From Basidiobolus meristosporus CBS 931.73 (Eukaryota > Fungi > Basidiobolomycota), in assembly GCA_002104905.1 (NCBI GenBank), contig MCFE01000192.1, forward strand, positions 62,001-126,000: 64,000 nt of DNA. Direction: 5' to 3'. Below, in pieces: positions 47,881 to 60,359 of the stretch (positions are counted from its first letter, which is position 1; each line of letters begins with the position of its first letter). Both the position numbers and the translations under genes were made by a program. Under the pieces are notes generated by a model. That model did no database searches and had not been told where the DNA came from. It saw nothing but the letters and a program-made list of their open reading frames with translations.

Positions 47881-48228
47881 TGTTGTAAAAATTTGTATTT
47901 CCACCTAAAAATTCACCTAACTTAGTCACTTAGATCATTACCCTCAAATCCTAGCAAATACCAACCCAACTCCTTGTTGGGATTTACTTGGAATATTTTT
48001 ACCAAAATACCAGGTACCCAGAACATGAAAATTCTCAAAGTTGTCCAAACAGCCCCAAACTTTGCACACATGTTCTTGGGACCTTCCGTAACCTATTCTA
48101 CAAGTTTGTAGTGCCAAGACCATGTAAAAGTATACATACTACTTTACATTCAATATATCATTAAGTGATATCCACATAATCTACTTGTCCTCACAATCAC
48201 TTCCAATATCTCCAAGACTTTTACAACA
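47881..48228 (+). repeat. 3' LTR, copia A
   Basis: Direct repeat of 43700-44048, preceded by the PPT. Confidence 0.93.
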
Positions 48229-48490
48229 GATCTAACTACCAAATGAGGAAGGAAAAGATGAAGAGGCTGCTACAGGGATTAGATCTTAGAAATATTGCTA
48301 TGGAAGAAGAATGCCGCTCTAAAAATGTGGGAGAAATAGCCTTCAAGTACCAGAGGAAAGATCAAAGTGCATATAACTGCATTTGCCTTACTGTTAAGAC
48401 AAAGTGTAAGCTCAATGTTCTAGAGCAAACAAGGGTATGAATACCTGGAAGGCACAAGAGGACACCTACCAGTCAAGTTCAACTGCTAGT
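48229..48490 (+). pseudogene. gag fragment of the older copia A element
   Basis: Resumes at gatctaactacc, homologous to 44132-44390. Confidence 0.75.
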
Positions 48491-49601
48491 ATGTGATATA
48501 TAAATATCATATATTACAAAGAAGCTGTTGTGGTGGTGTATAAGTCCAAGTGTGTTGTACATCCAACACTGCTCAATTTTTTGCATGTGGGTTATTCACT
48601 GGGTGTAATAGCCTCTGGCAAAAGCTTGCTAGGAATACCTGAGTTCTGTCTCTACTCTAATGTGATGGGGACTGAAGCCACAGGCATGTCAAGGGAAAAA
48701 TATTGAGCAACGATCACCAATTTAATTGGCATCTTAACAAATGTACATGCTGAGCTCAGCATCCTTCAAGTTGACAACATACTAAAGCTTCCAAAGTCAA
48801 GACAACTGTAAGCTTCACCAGCAGGGACATGAAAAGAATGCAGCTATGGTCTATAGTTACAAAGACAGAAAGTATATTTGCCTGTGCAAGAGCAAACTAG
48901 GGGAAGAATAATATATAATAAAGATATCTACTCTAAGTATTCCTCACAAGTAGTGCCTCCAAGGTCAGTTGGCAGTCAGCATGGTTTCCTAGGATTGTCC
49001 TGTGGTCTGGGGTGGGATGTCCAGGTAGCAGGGATCACACTAATTAACAAGTCAGTATATTGACAAAAGGGATGATGATTTATTGCTGAGGGATTGCTCC
49101 ACCATATACTTTTCTCACTGGCTTAGTAATTACTAATCACAGTGTTCCAGAAGGTTCTGGATATCAATAGAACTCCAAAAAACATTGGAATTAGCTAAAA
49201 GTGTTTTAAGTAGATGTCATAAGGTTTTAAGAGGCATGGCACACTCAACCAATCAGGGGTCAGTACTCTAAAACTTCTGTAACATAGGGATACTGTACAT
49301 GGAGTGAAAATGGTAGTGATGGTGACAGGACTTGATCTTGTGTTACAGGTCCTGGCATGAGTACTTGACCAGTGTGGAAGCACTTATACCTAGTAGTCAT
49401 ACATATAGTGAGGGATAGCAAATGCAATAAATCAGCAGGTCTCATAGCTAACAGGCTTATGTAATAGTACTGATCAGTTAAGACATATGAGATAAAATCC
49501 AAACTAGGGTAGTTGAGATTCAGGGAAGTAATAAATATGAGGATGGGCACATCTGTCAGTGGGTGTCATTATGACCCCACTACTCCATCAGTGGAAGATA
49601 T

Positions 49602-49971
49602 TGTTGCAATATAAGAAGCAGCTTGGATATAAGGAACTTATCAAGATATAGTAATAATAGTTGAACTGTTGTTTATTCATAAAGTGGATCAGTATTTAAA
49701 CCTTTGTAGAAGTAATACAGCTGTAACACTAAGAAAGGGGGGTTTCTTAACATTCAGGAGCATTCTGTAACAGTTTCAGGGTTAGTACATAATGTTTGGT
49801 AAAAAGTGTTTATTTAATCTTAACTATAGGGGAATAATCATAGGATCATAGATGTGAAGAAACTGGCAAAGTTGGGGCTGCAATCAGGTCCTACAGTGAC
49901 CAAGACTACTCTAGAAATGCTAAGTAAACTCTTAGCCGCTGAATGATACCAAATAGTCTAATATTGCAACA
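49602..49971 (-). repeat. 3' LTR, copia B
   Basis: TG...CA ends; direct repeat of 53517-53886. Confidence 0.93.
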
Positions 49972-52900
49972 CTCCTCCTCAACTAAATAATTTCTTAATC
50001 CTAATTCCTCTCTGAGATTCTCAAATTGTCGTCTAGCTAGTGGTTTTGTCAATATATCTGCCACCATTTTGTCAGTTGGACAGTAAACTAACTCTATTAG
50101 GTTATTTTCTACAGATTCTCTCACAAAGTGGTGTTGTATATCTATGTGATTAGTTCTGGCATGATTAGTAGGATTCCTAGCTAATGCAATACAACTTTGA
50201 TTATCTTTATAAATATATGTTGGCTCATCTGAATTAAAGCCTAAGTCTTTGAATAATTTCCATAGCCATATAGCCTCCTCAGTTGCTTGGCAAGCAGCCA
50301 TATATTGAGCTTCAGTTGTAGATAGGGCCACAGTTAGTTGATTCTTGCAAGTAATGGCTTCACCAGCATAAAAAAGTAAATACCCAGTAGTAGAGCATCT
50401 GTCAATCAGATCTCTACTCCAAGCCAAATCACTATAACCATCATATTTCTGCCTATTAGCTGCTCCAGAGTGTTCCAGTACCATATTTATGGTATCTTGT
50501 AGATATCTGAAAATCTGCTTAACTGCTGTAATTTGATCTGATAAATAGTTCTGCATGAATTGACTGACTATTCCAACAGCCACTGCAGTATCACAACATG
50601 TAGACACCATCAAGTACATGAGGCTACCAACCATTGATTGATAGGGAAAGTTTTGGTTCATATTTGAGCCATTCTTACCTAAACTGGCTGAGACTTGCTC
50701 AATTTTAGATTTTTGTCCGCGGGGGTAACTACAGGCTGGCAATTTTCCATTTTGAAGCGTCTAAGAATGTACCTGATGTACTTGAAATGATTCAGCACAA
50801 TTTTCTGCATAGGTATGTCAAAATTCACTCCAATTCCAAGAAAAGAGCTTAATTTTCTAGGTTTTTTCATCTCAAACTTGCTAAAGAGATCTGATTTTGT
50901 CAGTTTAAATGCCTCCTGATCACTTGTAGCCTTTTTTAGGTTGTCCACATACAGAACTAGGATGATTGTACCCTTTTTGAGCTGTTTCACAGATTTACTG
51001 TGATATGCAGTGCTACATGCAAATCCAATCTCCTCTAGATATGTGTCAATTTTGTTATGCCATGCTCTAGGTGCCTGCTTAAGCCCATACAACCATTTCC
51101 TGAGTCTATACACCTTATGGGGCCTTTATGATTGGTAAAACCTTCTGGTTGCTCCATGTATAAAGTTTCTTGCCAATCCCCGCTTAGAATGGCTGTCCTG
51201 ACATCCATTTGGTATAGATCCAGACTGTGTACAGCTGCCAGGGCTAGAACTGTCCTAATGGAGTTAAACTAGCAACCAGAGCAAGTGTTTCCTCAAAGTC
51301 TATTGCCTGGATCTGGGAATAGCCTTTAGCCACCAATCTTGCCTTGCACTTGTCAATGGTACCATTTGAGGTTATCTTGATCTTGTAGACCCATCCACAA
51401 CCTAATGGCTTTCTCACATCTGGTAAATTAACCAGTTCCCAAATTTTTGCTTTGATCAGCAATTGGCACTCCTCCTGCATGACCTGTTACCACATAGTAG
51501 CATCTGGACTCTGCATTGCCTGTTCCAGATTCTGGGGTTTGGCACATAAGGCAAGATAAGCTTCTTTATGATCATTGGATGTCTGCCAACAGGATCCACA
51601 GGCATTTCATATTCTGGTAGATCTCCTAACTGTGATACTCTGCTCTGATTTGGGACTAGTAGAAATATCTTCTGTATCTGGCTGAATTTGGTACGTATTT
51701 TCTTCATAAGTGTTGATTGCATCATCAGGCAGCCGGCCAATTATTTTGGTGGCTTTCTGATCTGAATTTTCCTCAAATACAATTTCACAGCTCTTGATCA
51801 GCTTCTGAATCTTGCCATCATTCATGCTATAACCTTTAGTATCATCACAATACCCAAGAAAGCTTCTTTTCTACACTTTGGTTCCAGCTTTGAGTGTTTT
51901 TTGTCAGGGATGTAATAGAAGACCTCACTGTCAAAGATTCTGAGGTGCTGGAGGTCAGGTTTCCTGCTTGTATATGTATCAAAGAGTGTACAATCCTGTA
52001 GGGCTGTTGTTAGGCATGTATTCCTGATTTATACTGTGTTAGCAACAGATTTAGCACAGAAGTTGTAGCTCATTCCTTTATCATGTAGCTTAGATCTTCC
52101 CATCTCTACTATTGTTCTATTTGCATGTTCTGCTACTACATTTTGCAGTGGAATATGTGGAACAGTGGTCTGCCAAATTATACCAGTAGATGTGTAGTAT
52201 TTTGCAAACTCCCTTGAGCAGCATTCCCCCCAATGTCACTTTGAAGTATATTCAGTTTACACCCAGTTTGTGCTTCTGCCATGTTCTTGAAGTATTTAAA
52301 CATCTCTAAAGCCCCATCCTTTGTTTTGAGGAAGTATACACATGTATATCTTGTCTTGTTATCAATAAATGTCATAAACATTGCCTAGCTTGTTTGCCAT
52401 ATGAACATCCCATACAGACACTCAATTTAATTGTAATTAAGTACTTTAGGCCTGAAACAAGCTTGTTTTTCATCAATTGGCTCATTTTCTGCTCCCCAAT
52501 GTGTCTTAGCCTCCTATGCCATGTCTCCCAGTTTGTTTCATCAGTTTCAGTAAAGGTGGCATACCCAGGTACAATGATCTTGCATTGCAAATTGTGTATA
52601 TATTGTGATCACTCATTCCCAAAGCTAATTTTTGTCCATTTTCACTCAATATCAAGCCGCTCAGCTTATTAAAAGTATATTTCAGTTCCTGAGCAGTTGC
52701 TTTACTGACTGAGAGTTCTTAGCTATTCCAGGGATGCAGAGTACTTCAGTCAGTTTTGCTGCTGTAGCCCCTGATATGTCACTCATATTTAGCTGTATAG
52801 ACCCACTGGGGGTAGCTTTCAATGCAGGATTGTCTCCCAGATAAACCTTCCTTATGGGAGTAGTCTTCAAGTTGCTGAAACACTCCATTATACCACAAAT

Positions 52901-53516
52901 AAGCTGTGATGCTCAAGAGTCAAGATACCATTCATTACTTTGATCACTTGCACTCTCTTGTACAGTTACAAATAACTGTTCATTAGTAGTAATATTATTT
53001 GCCTGCTCCAATTTCTTTTTTTTTGTCTGCTTGTTTCTTGTTGCATTCTCTTGCCCAGTGTCCTGGCTTCTTGGAGCAGTTACAGCAACCAGGCTTTAGT
53101 ATGTCTTCATCTGGCTTCTTCCTCATGTTGAAGAATTTTTGTTTCAGATAAAGCTTGTTTGATAATGATTTTGCTCTAAAGATCTTCCCTAAGGATTCCA
53201 ATGCTGCTTTGGCAATACTTGAAGCATGGATTCCTTCAATAAAGGAATCTTGCACATTGACACATATAGGATTAAAGGCCTTTCCCTCCTTCTCTTGAAA
53301 CTTCTACACTTCTTCTGCTGTTCCCTTGGGCTCAACATCTTTTCCTGTTACTATATTCCAAAGCATTCTTTCCTCATGGTGGATCAGCATTTTGAATCTT
53401 CAAAGTCAATAGTTCTTCCCATCAAATCTCTCTTCTACTGGAAAGATGTTTGTATTGTTTTGTTAGCTGGTAGAAGACATCATTAGGATGGGTTAAGGCA
53501 ATTAGGGCTCATAACT

Positions 53517-53886
53517 TGTTGCCATCTAAGAAGTGATTTGGATATAAGGAACTTATTAAGATATAGTGATAATAGTTGAACTGTTGTTTATTCATAAAGT
53601 GGATAAGTATTTTTACCTTTGTAGAAGTAATACAGCTGTAACACTAAGAAAGGGGAGTTTCTTAACATTCAGGAGCATTCTGTAACAGTTTCAGGGCTAG
53701 TACATAATGTTTGCTAAAAAGTGTTTATTTAATCTTAACTATAGGGGAATAATCATAGGATCATAGATGTGAAGAAACTGGCAAAGTTGGGGCTGCAAAC
53801 AACTCCTACAGTGACCAAGACTACTCTAGAATTGTCAATTAAGTTTTTAGCTGCTGAATGATACCAAATAGTACAGTATTTCAACA
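53517..53886 (-). repeat. 5' LTR, copia B
   Basis: Direct repeat of 49602-49971, adjacent to the PBS. Confidence 0.93.
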
Positions 53887-53934
53887 GATATAATATCTGA
53901 TAAACAGATTTATATTTATTGTTAAACTTAATGT

Positions 53935-54348
53935 GCTAGCTACCTTTCAGGACAGTCTGATAGACACATTGCAGGGTCTTGCATCAGCACCAGATCCAGA
54001 ACTGAAGAACTGACCCTAAATTATGTTTATGTAGTGCTTCTGGTTGAGTAATAAAAAATCAGTGCCAGTACAAAGAAAGATGAAATTTCTTTTATGAGCA
54101 ATCACCACCAACAAAGGAGGCACCAACAGCCCATTGAAGGCAAAAGCAACCTGTTTTGCCATTGAAGCAAAAGGAATGGTCAAACGTTAGCTCAAGGCTT
54201 AAGAAAGACAGATAATCTGCAAAAAAGCCTGAATAAATGTATGCTGCAAAAACTAATGATGGACTTGTCATATATGCACTGAACATGACCTCAAATAATG
54301 ATTCTCAGCTATGATGTATTGACTGTGGATCATTTCAACACTTTATAC
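53935..54348 (+). pseudogene. gag/protease fragment of a copia A element
   Basis: Homologous to 44545-44885 and includes a degenerate (W)CIDSG-like protease motif. Confidence 0.7.
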
Positions 54349-55263
54349 TGTTATAAGTCTTGGTATAAGAGTTGTAGAGGAATAGGGAGTTTAGCTAGTA
54401 TTGTATTCACTAAAACTAGAACTAATTTTTATTGAGGTTCCAGCAGCTCCTTATATACATTTTGTCAGATCAATTGCTGACTAATTGTATTTCCTAATGT
54501 AGGTTGTGGCTGATGACTCATTTGATTGCATCATCATCACCCAATAAGATCCTACTTAATATAACTATTTCTGTCTGATAAGGATCTGCTGATTCATTTG
54601 CTGACTAATGCTACTGATTTCATAGACAATACTGATATTCTGATAACCTAAACATATACTAATTGATTTGACTAAAAACTGATCTAACTTAAACATTCAA
54701 GCAGCAGATCATAACATTCTCCCCTACTAAAGATGAGAGGGTTCTCCAGAATCTCTTTTCTTGTGATACCAATATCTTGATGGTTCAGTATTATCAGCAA
54801 GTCTTGCAAGCTTGAGTCTGTCCCTATGCACTAAGTCTTCCCGGATATTGCCTTGTTTGTCCACCAGTTGGTAAGTTGCAAACAGACATTCTCTGATGAT
54901 CTTGAATGGTCCTATCCATTGTGGCTCAAACTTCTTCCAAGTGCTGTTTCTTAGCAATACAAAGTTCCCAACTGTCAATGCTTCTGGTGCTATAGTCTTA
55001 TCAAATCTCTGCTTCATCTTTTCTGCACTTTGAGATACTTTGGTCTGTGCCTCTTGACGTCTTTGTTCCAGTTGCTGGTGTCTACTTGGCAGACTAAGTT
55101 CATCTTCTAAGGCATCTGTAAGCATGGGTTGTGTGAGATCTCCTGGAATCCTTGGCTCACATCCATACACCAAGGAAAATGGTGATTGCTGGGTGGTGTT
55201 ATGTACTCTGACTCTGCATGCAAAGAGTGCTTGGTCTATATACTCATCCCAGAAAATGGACAT
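54349..55263 (-). mobile_element. Ty3/gypsy 3' end: integrase C-terminus (54727-55263), PPT and 3' LTR (54349-54716)
   Basis: SPFSLVYG, PQWIGPFKI and VHRDRLK motifs; PPT GTAGGGGAGAA; LTR matches 62511-62879. Confidence 0.88.
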
Positions 55264-55908
55264 GCTGTAGGATAAATGGGTAGTGTACTATGGATTGTGC
55301 CCAGTCAGCACAGCTATTGTACTGATGGCTCAGGAATCTCCACTGCAGTTAAGAATATGCTCTTTGACATTATAGCTATGTAATAGTTTCCTACTGATTA
55401 GCATTGAAGACTCATCCATCAGTGGATACTGGTAGATATTCAGGTTAGAGGGTGAATTTGGCCCATGATATCAATGTCAATACCATCAGAAACTTGCTCA
55501 TAGACTGTGAGACTGGTGGCAGATTTAGGTTGATGAAAGTCAGTGGCCAGCAGGTTATGCTGGTAGAGTACTTATTGAATGCAATTTGATCAAGTGCCAA
55601 GACAAAGGCAGATCACTTATATTTTTAAACCAGCCTTTGCCTCTTAGTTGCTTGTAATACTTCCCATTAGTTATATTGGAGATATCTATACTTGACTGAT
55701 ATTGAGCACCATACACTGCTGCTTCACAACATCTTACAAACTGCTTGTGCTTTTTTAGCCAGGTGTAACTAGAATATACCTGGTGTCAGTAGTGTCATGT
55801 ATGACAACTTCAATGGTGAAATTTTCTGATGTGAATGCTGCTTGACTGTGAATACATGGTGGTACCCGCAAAATCTATAGGCCATGAAAATAGTAAGTTG
55901 CAACTTAG
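55264..55908 (-). mobile_element. CACTA-like transposase fragment
   Basis: Reverse-complement similarity to 27800-28500. Confidence 0.65.
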
Positions 55909-57110
55909 TGCTACAAGTCTTGGTACAAGAGTTGCACAGGAATAGGGGGTATAGCTAGTATCTGAATTCACTAAAGCCTGAACTGACTTTTATTGATGCT
56001 CCAGCAGCTTCTTATAAACATTTTGCCAGATCAATTGCTGCCTAATTGTATTTCCTGATATAGGTGAGAAGGTTCTCCTGAATCTCTTTGCTTGTGATAC
56101 CAGTATATTGATGGTTTAGTATTATCAGCAAGTCTTGCAAACTTGAGTCTGTCTCTATGAACTAAATCTTCCCAGATATTCCTTATTTTGTCCACTAATT
56201 GGTAAGTTTCAAATGCACATTCTTGAATGATTTTTAAAGTTTCTGTGCATTATGGCTCAAACTTCCTCCAAGTATTGTTTCTCAACAATACAAAGTTCCC
56301 AGCGGTCAATGATTCTGGTGATATAGTTTTATCAAATATCTGCTTCATCTTTTCTGCACATTGATACACTTTGGCCTGTGCCTCTTAATATCTTTGTTCC
56401 AGCTGCTGGTATCTACTTGGCTGACTGAGCTCATCTTCTATGGCATATATAAGCTTTGGTTGTGTGAGATCTCCTGGAATCCTAGGTTCATATGCATACA
56501 GTGACTAAAATGGTGATTGTTGGATGGTGTTATGTACTCTGATTCTGCATACAAAAAGTGCTTGGTCTATACACTGATCCCATCTACTGACAGCTCTATT
56601 TGCATACTTGGTCAGCATTTTTCTAAATGATTTATTAAACCACTCAGTGACTCCATTAGTTCTAGGGTGATATGCCAAGGTTTTTGAGTGTATGATGTGC
56701 TGCATTTCCAGGTAAGCTTCCAATGGTTTTCCCATAAAGTTTGCTCCTCTATTGGATAGAATCTCTACAGGGCCTCCAAACTTCATAGTAATCTCATGGT
56801 ATATAATGCTTGCAACTTCTTCTTCACTGGTTACAGATACTGCATTGGCCACTGGCTAATTAGTGGCAAGATCAATTGCTACTAGGATCCAATAGTTGCA
56901 TTTCCTGGTAGTTGGCAGTCTTCCAATAAAGTCAATTCCCCATTTTTCAGATGGTCTTACAGGCTCCAAGGGAAAGAGTTCAGCAATTCTCTATGGTTGG
57001 CATTGATTGATTTAGCAATTTGGGCATGTTTTCACTATCTTCTTGAGGTCTTATGACATGCGTTGCATTTTAATGGTCTTAAGGTGATCCACAGACACAT
57101 GCCAATTTAT
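55909..57110 (-). mobile_element. Ty3/gypsy integrase region fused to a half LTR (55909-56060)
   Basis: WGIDFIGRLP, ILSNRGANF and YHPRTNG rve-like motifs; LTR half homologous to 54349-54500. Confidence 0.85.
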
Positions 57111-57149
57111 TCTCTTACCAATAATTAGAGTGGGAATTTGAGGTATTAT

Positions 57150-58295
57150 TTGAACCAAAAGAATCTATGATCTCCTGCTTACAAGCCTTTGCATATGTGC
57201 AAGCTATCTAAAGCTGATATGCTACTATTGCCTTAACATTAGGACTTTTCAGTTTGATAATTGTAAAATTGCCATATACCTTGAATTGTTGTTAACACTC
57301 ATCTTTAAAGCATAAGCTTAGTTGCTGCCACTTTTACCATGAATACCTCTGGGATTTCTGCAAAGAAGCCTTTGGTACTTAACCAATGTATTTATTCTCC
57401 CTGCTGTGTGCTATTCCTCCTTACAGGCATGCTCTGGCTCATGTTTGTGTGAGCTCTACACTGAAAGATGTAAAAACTGGCTTGTAACCAGCAAACATTT
57501 GGCATACATTGGTAAATATGCTTTAATTATGATTAGTTGTTAATTGTGTACAACTCATCCTTGCATAACCTGACTTATTACAATGCACTGTGGGTGCTGA
57601 GGTATTCAGTGCAAAAGATATATGTGTCTCCATTTGTACTTCTGTAGTCAGTATTTCTTACCACTTCCTGGCTGTTCTTAGTATAAAAGCTCCTCACATT
57701 CAGAATGGACTTGAAGATTTTATTCTTGATGTGATTGTGATATGGCAGTCCCTCCAACTTGACTTGTTTACTTATTTTCTCCCCTACCACATAGAAAGCT
57801 CCCAAAAGGTGAGGCAATACCTGGTATTATCCACACACTAAGCAAGATGGAGTAGTGATTGGATACAGTGATAGCAGGTATCTAGGAGCTCAGCTTTATT
57901 TGTGTTGTATAGCCGCTTGAATCCCCTTCCTAATTACTTGCAACAAAGCTGCCAGTGTATCAAACTGGTATTTATGATCTACTTCTTGATTAATATGCCT
58001 GCAATGCCTACATATGACACCCAATACTTCCAATGAGCTTTAGGCACATATTGCTTCCAAAGGCCACTCAAGTAAATGTTTATCCTATTCATCTAGTCCT
58101 TGTGTTTTTATTGTTTGCATATGCATATGAATATTAACTGGAGCTCATGAGAGATACTCTGGGTGGTGAATATACAGTACCACTCTGCTGATTCTCTCAA
58201 AGATCTTTGGTATCTCCAAGAGCTGATTTGGCCTAGAATTCCCTGTACACAACTTTGGCATTAGCCCAGGGATATTGATCTAGGATCATCAGAGA
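57150..58295 (-). mobile_element. CACTA-like transposase fragment
   Basis: Reverse-complement similarity to 28650-29500. Confidence 0.65.
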
Positions 58296-58299
58296 ATGC

Positions 58300-58790
58300 T
58301 CATTGGAACTTACCAACTAGTGGACAAACAAGGTAACATCAGGGAAGATTTAGTTCATAGAGACAGACTCAAGCCTACAAAACTTACTGGCAAAACTGAA
58401 CCATCAAGATGGTAGTATCATGAGAAAAGAGATTCAGGTGAACCCTCTGAACTTTGGTAGGAGAGAATGTTATGATCTACTGATTGAATGCTTAGGTTGG
58501 ATCAGCTTTTTAGTCCAATCAATAATTTTTATGTTCAGCCTATCAATATAGCATTGTTATTTATCAAATCAGTAGTATTGGTTAGCATATAAGTTAGCAG
58601 ATTGTTGTTGGACAATAAGAGGTATATTAAGCAGGATCTAATTTGGTGAAGATGATGCAATCAAATGAATCAGCAGCCACTACCTACATTAGGAAATAGA
58701 ACCAGTGCGCAATTGATCTGGCAAAATATATATTAGGAGTTGCTGGAACCTTGTTGAAAATCAGTTCAAGTTATAGTGAATGCAATAGTA
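58300..58790 (+). mobile_element. Ty3/gypsy pol end, PPT and truncated 3' LTR (from 58468)
   Basis: YQLVDKQGNIREDLVHRDRLK-coding DNA, then ggtaggagagaa|TGTTATGATC. Confidence 0.8.
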
Positions 58791-58829
58791 AATTACCCAT
58801 GCCAACTTAACTCATCCACAGCTTTTGTG

Positions 58830-60007
58830 CAAAGAGTGTGTGAGAGGACTTGTGTGGCTAACCTACAAACATAAAGCTGCACATGTATATCTCTGCGGCT
58901 ACTGTATTCATTTGCTACTCCATCATGCTTGGTGTGCTGATAATATTGGACTTTGCTACATCTTTTGGAGTTTCCTATGGAGTTTATGTGTGGGAAGAAA
59001 GGAAAATGAGTCAAGTTACAGGTATTGCCATATCTCAATTTCATCAGAAAAACTACTTTCAAGTCTGTGATGGATGTGATGAGTTGGCACATGCAGGACA
59101 GCTAGGAATAGTTGGAAAATACTGAGGAATGATGTGTATATGGAGACACATATGCCAATGGCATTGAAAAGCTAAGCAGCCCCAATGCATGAGTAATCAG
59201 TTGAGTGATGCAAAGTTGGGTTGGGTGCAACAACCAACTAATTTCATCAGGAAGACATTACAAAAGTATACTGGTTTCTCTTGGTCACAGGCCCATTTCT
59301 GTACCATTCAATATGGAACTCACACACAAGAGCTAGAGCACACCTGTAAGAGAGACTAAAACCTAAAAGGAGAAGGAACATATTGGCTAAATAGTGAGTA
59401 GTTCTTTGCAGATATTCAGGAGGTATTCATGGCCAAAGTGGCTGCAACCAAGCATATGTATACAAGATGTATATGTCACCAGCAATACAAGTTATATGGC
59501 AACTTTGTAGGTATCCCACTAAAAGGCTGGAAAGTTGAGGTGATAGAAGTAAAGAGGGGTGATTCTACAGTGGAATATACAAATTGCACAAGTGGAGGTA
59601 GAAAAGGAAATACTGTTTGGTATATTGGTACAGTAGCACTAAACAAAACTAGCCGTAGACCACCACAATATCAAAATAGCACCATTGGAGGCTCACAAAG
59701 AGGTCATCTAAACACTGCTAAGTTTTTTGCCATATAAGGCAATTAGGGTCAGATCCACTTGAATGGATATAGAGCACACTAAGATTGCAACAATGCCATA
59801 CTACCCTTAACAAATATAGTACAAACACTATTATGTTTTTAACTTTATTTGGCTGTAAAATAAGCCAAACAATGTTGTGATCCTATTGCAATATTGTGTA
59901 TATGGTCATTAATTCCAAGCTGCGGACTTTATTGAGGTTTCTCAGCAGGATCTTGACAGCTGATCTGGATTGGATCCACCCAAGGGACCAAGTAATTTTT
60001 CATAGGG
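58830..60007 (+). mobile_element. CACTA-like transposase 3' half with terminus
   Basis: Aligns with 28860-30068 and ends TTTTTCATAGGG. Confidence 0.78.
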
Positions 60008-60359
60008 GAAAGTTTTGGTAAGCTTTAACTGTACTTTCTGATCAAGTTGACTTAGTAAGCACCAAGAGACTGGTTTAACTGAAATCAGTTTGTGTGCTAA
60101 TAGGTGCATAAGAGGAGTGAGTATTGCATCATCAATCAGCTGATTTCTTGATAACTGCTAAGTGGTTAGATAGATCTCCAATGACTGATCCCTTGGAAAG
60201 GCCTAGCATATCAGTTGAGGACATAATGACTGCATGAAAGTTGGTCATGTGTGCAAGCTAAAAATAGTTTCTGAGAAAAGATGAAATAAAGAATAACAGG
60301 ATTAGTATTGTTGGGGTTAGGGAAAACTGGTTATGGCACTAGATTTTGTGACAGTGCAA

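Larger units (their letters stand above)
43700..48228 (+). mobile_element. Full-length decayed Ty1/copia retrotransposon, family A
   Basis: LTRs at 43700-44048 and 47881-48228, TSD GATCT, PBS GGTTATGAGCC, PPT GAGTGGGAG. UBN2-type gag, GAG-pre-integrase, integrase (FIDDYTR, QQNGVAE), RT (YVDDL) and RNase H pieces are in copia order. Confidence 0.95.
49602..53886 (-). mobile_element. Full-length decayed Ty1/copia retrotransposon, family B
   Basis: 370-bp LTRs at 49602-49971 and 53517-53886, TSD GATAT, PBS AGTTATGAGCCCT, PPT GAGGAGGAG. gag with zinc knuckle, WYLDS protease, integrase, RT (LKQAPRAW, YVDN) and RNase H (IDIQHHFVRE). Confidence 0.95.
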
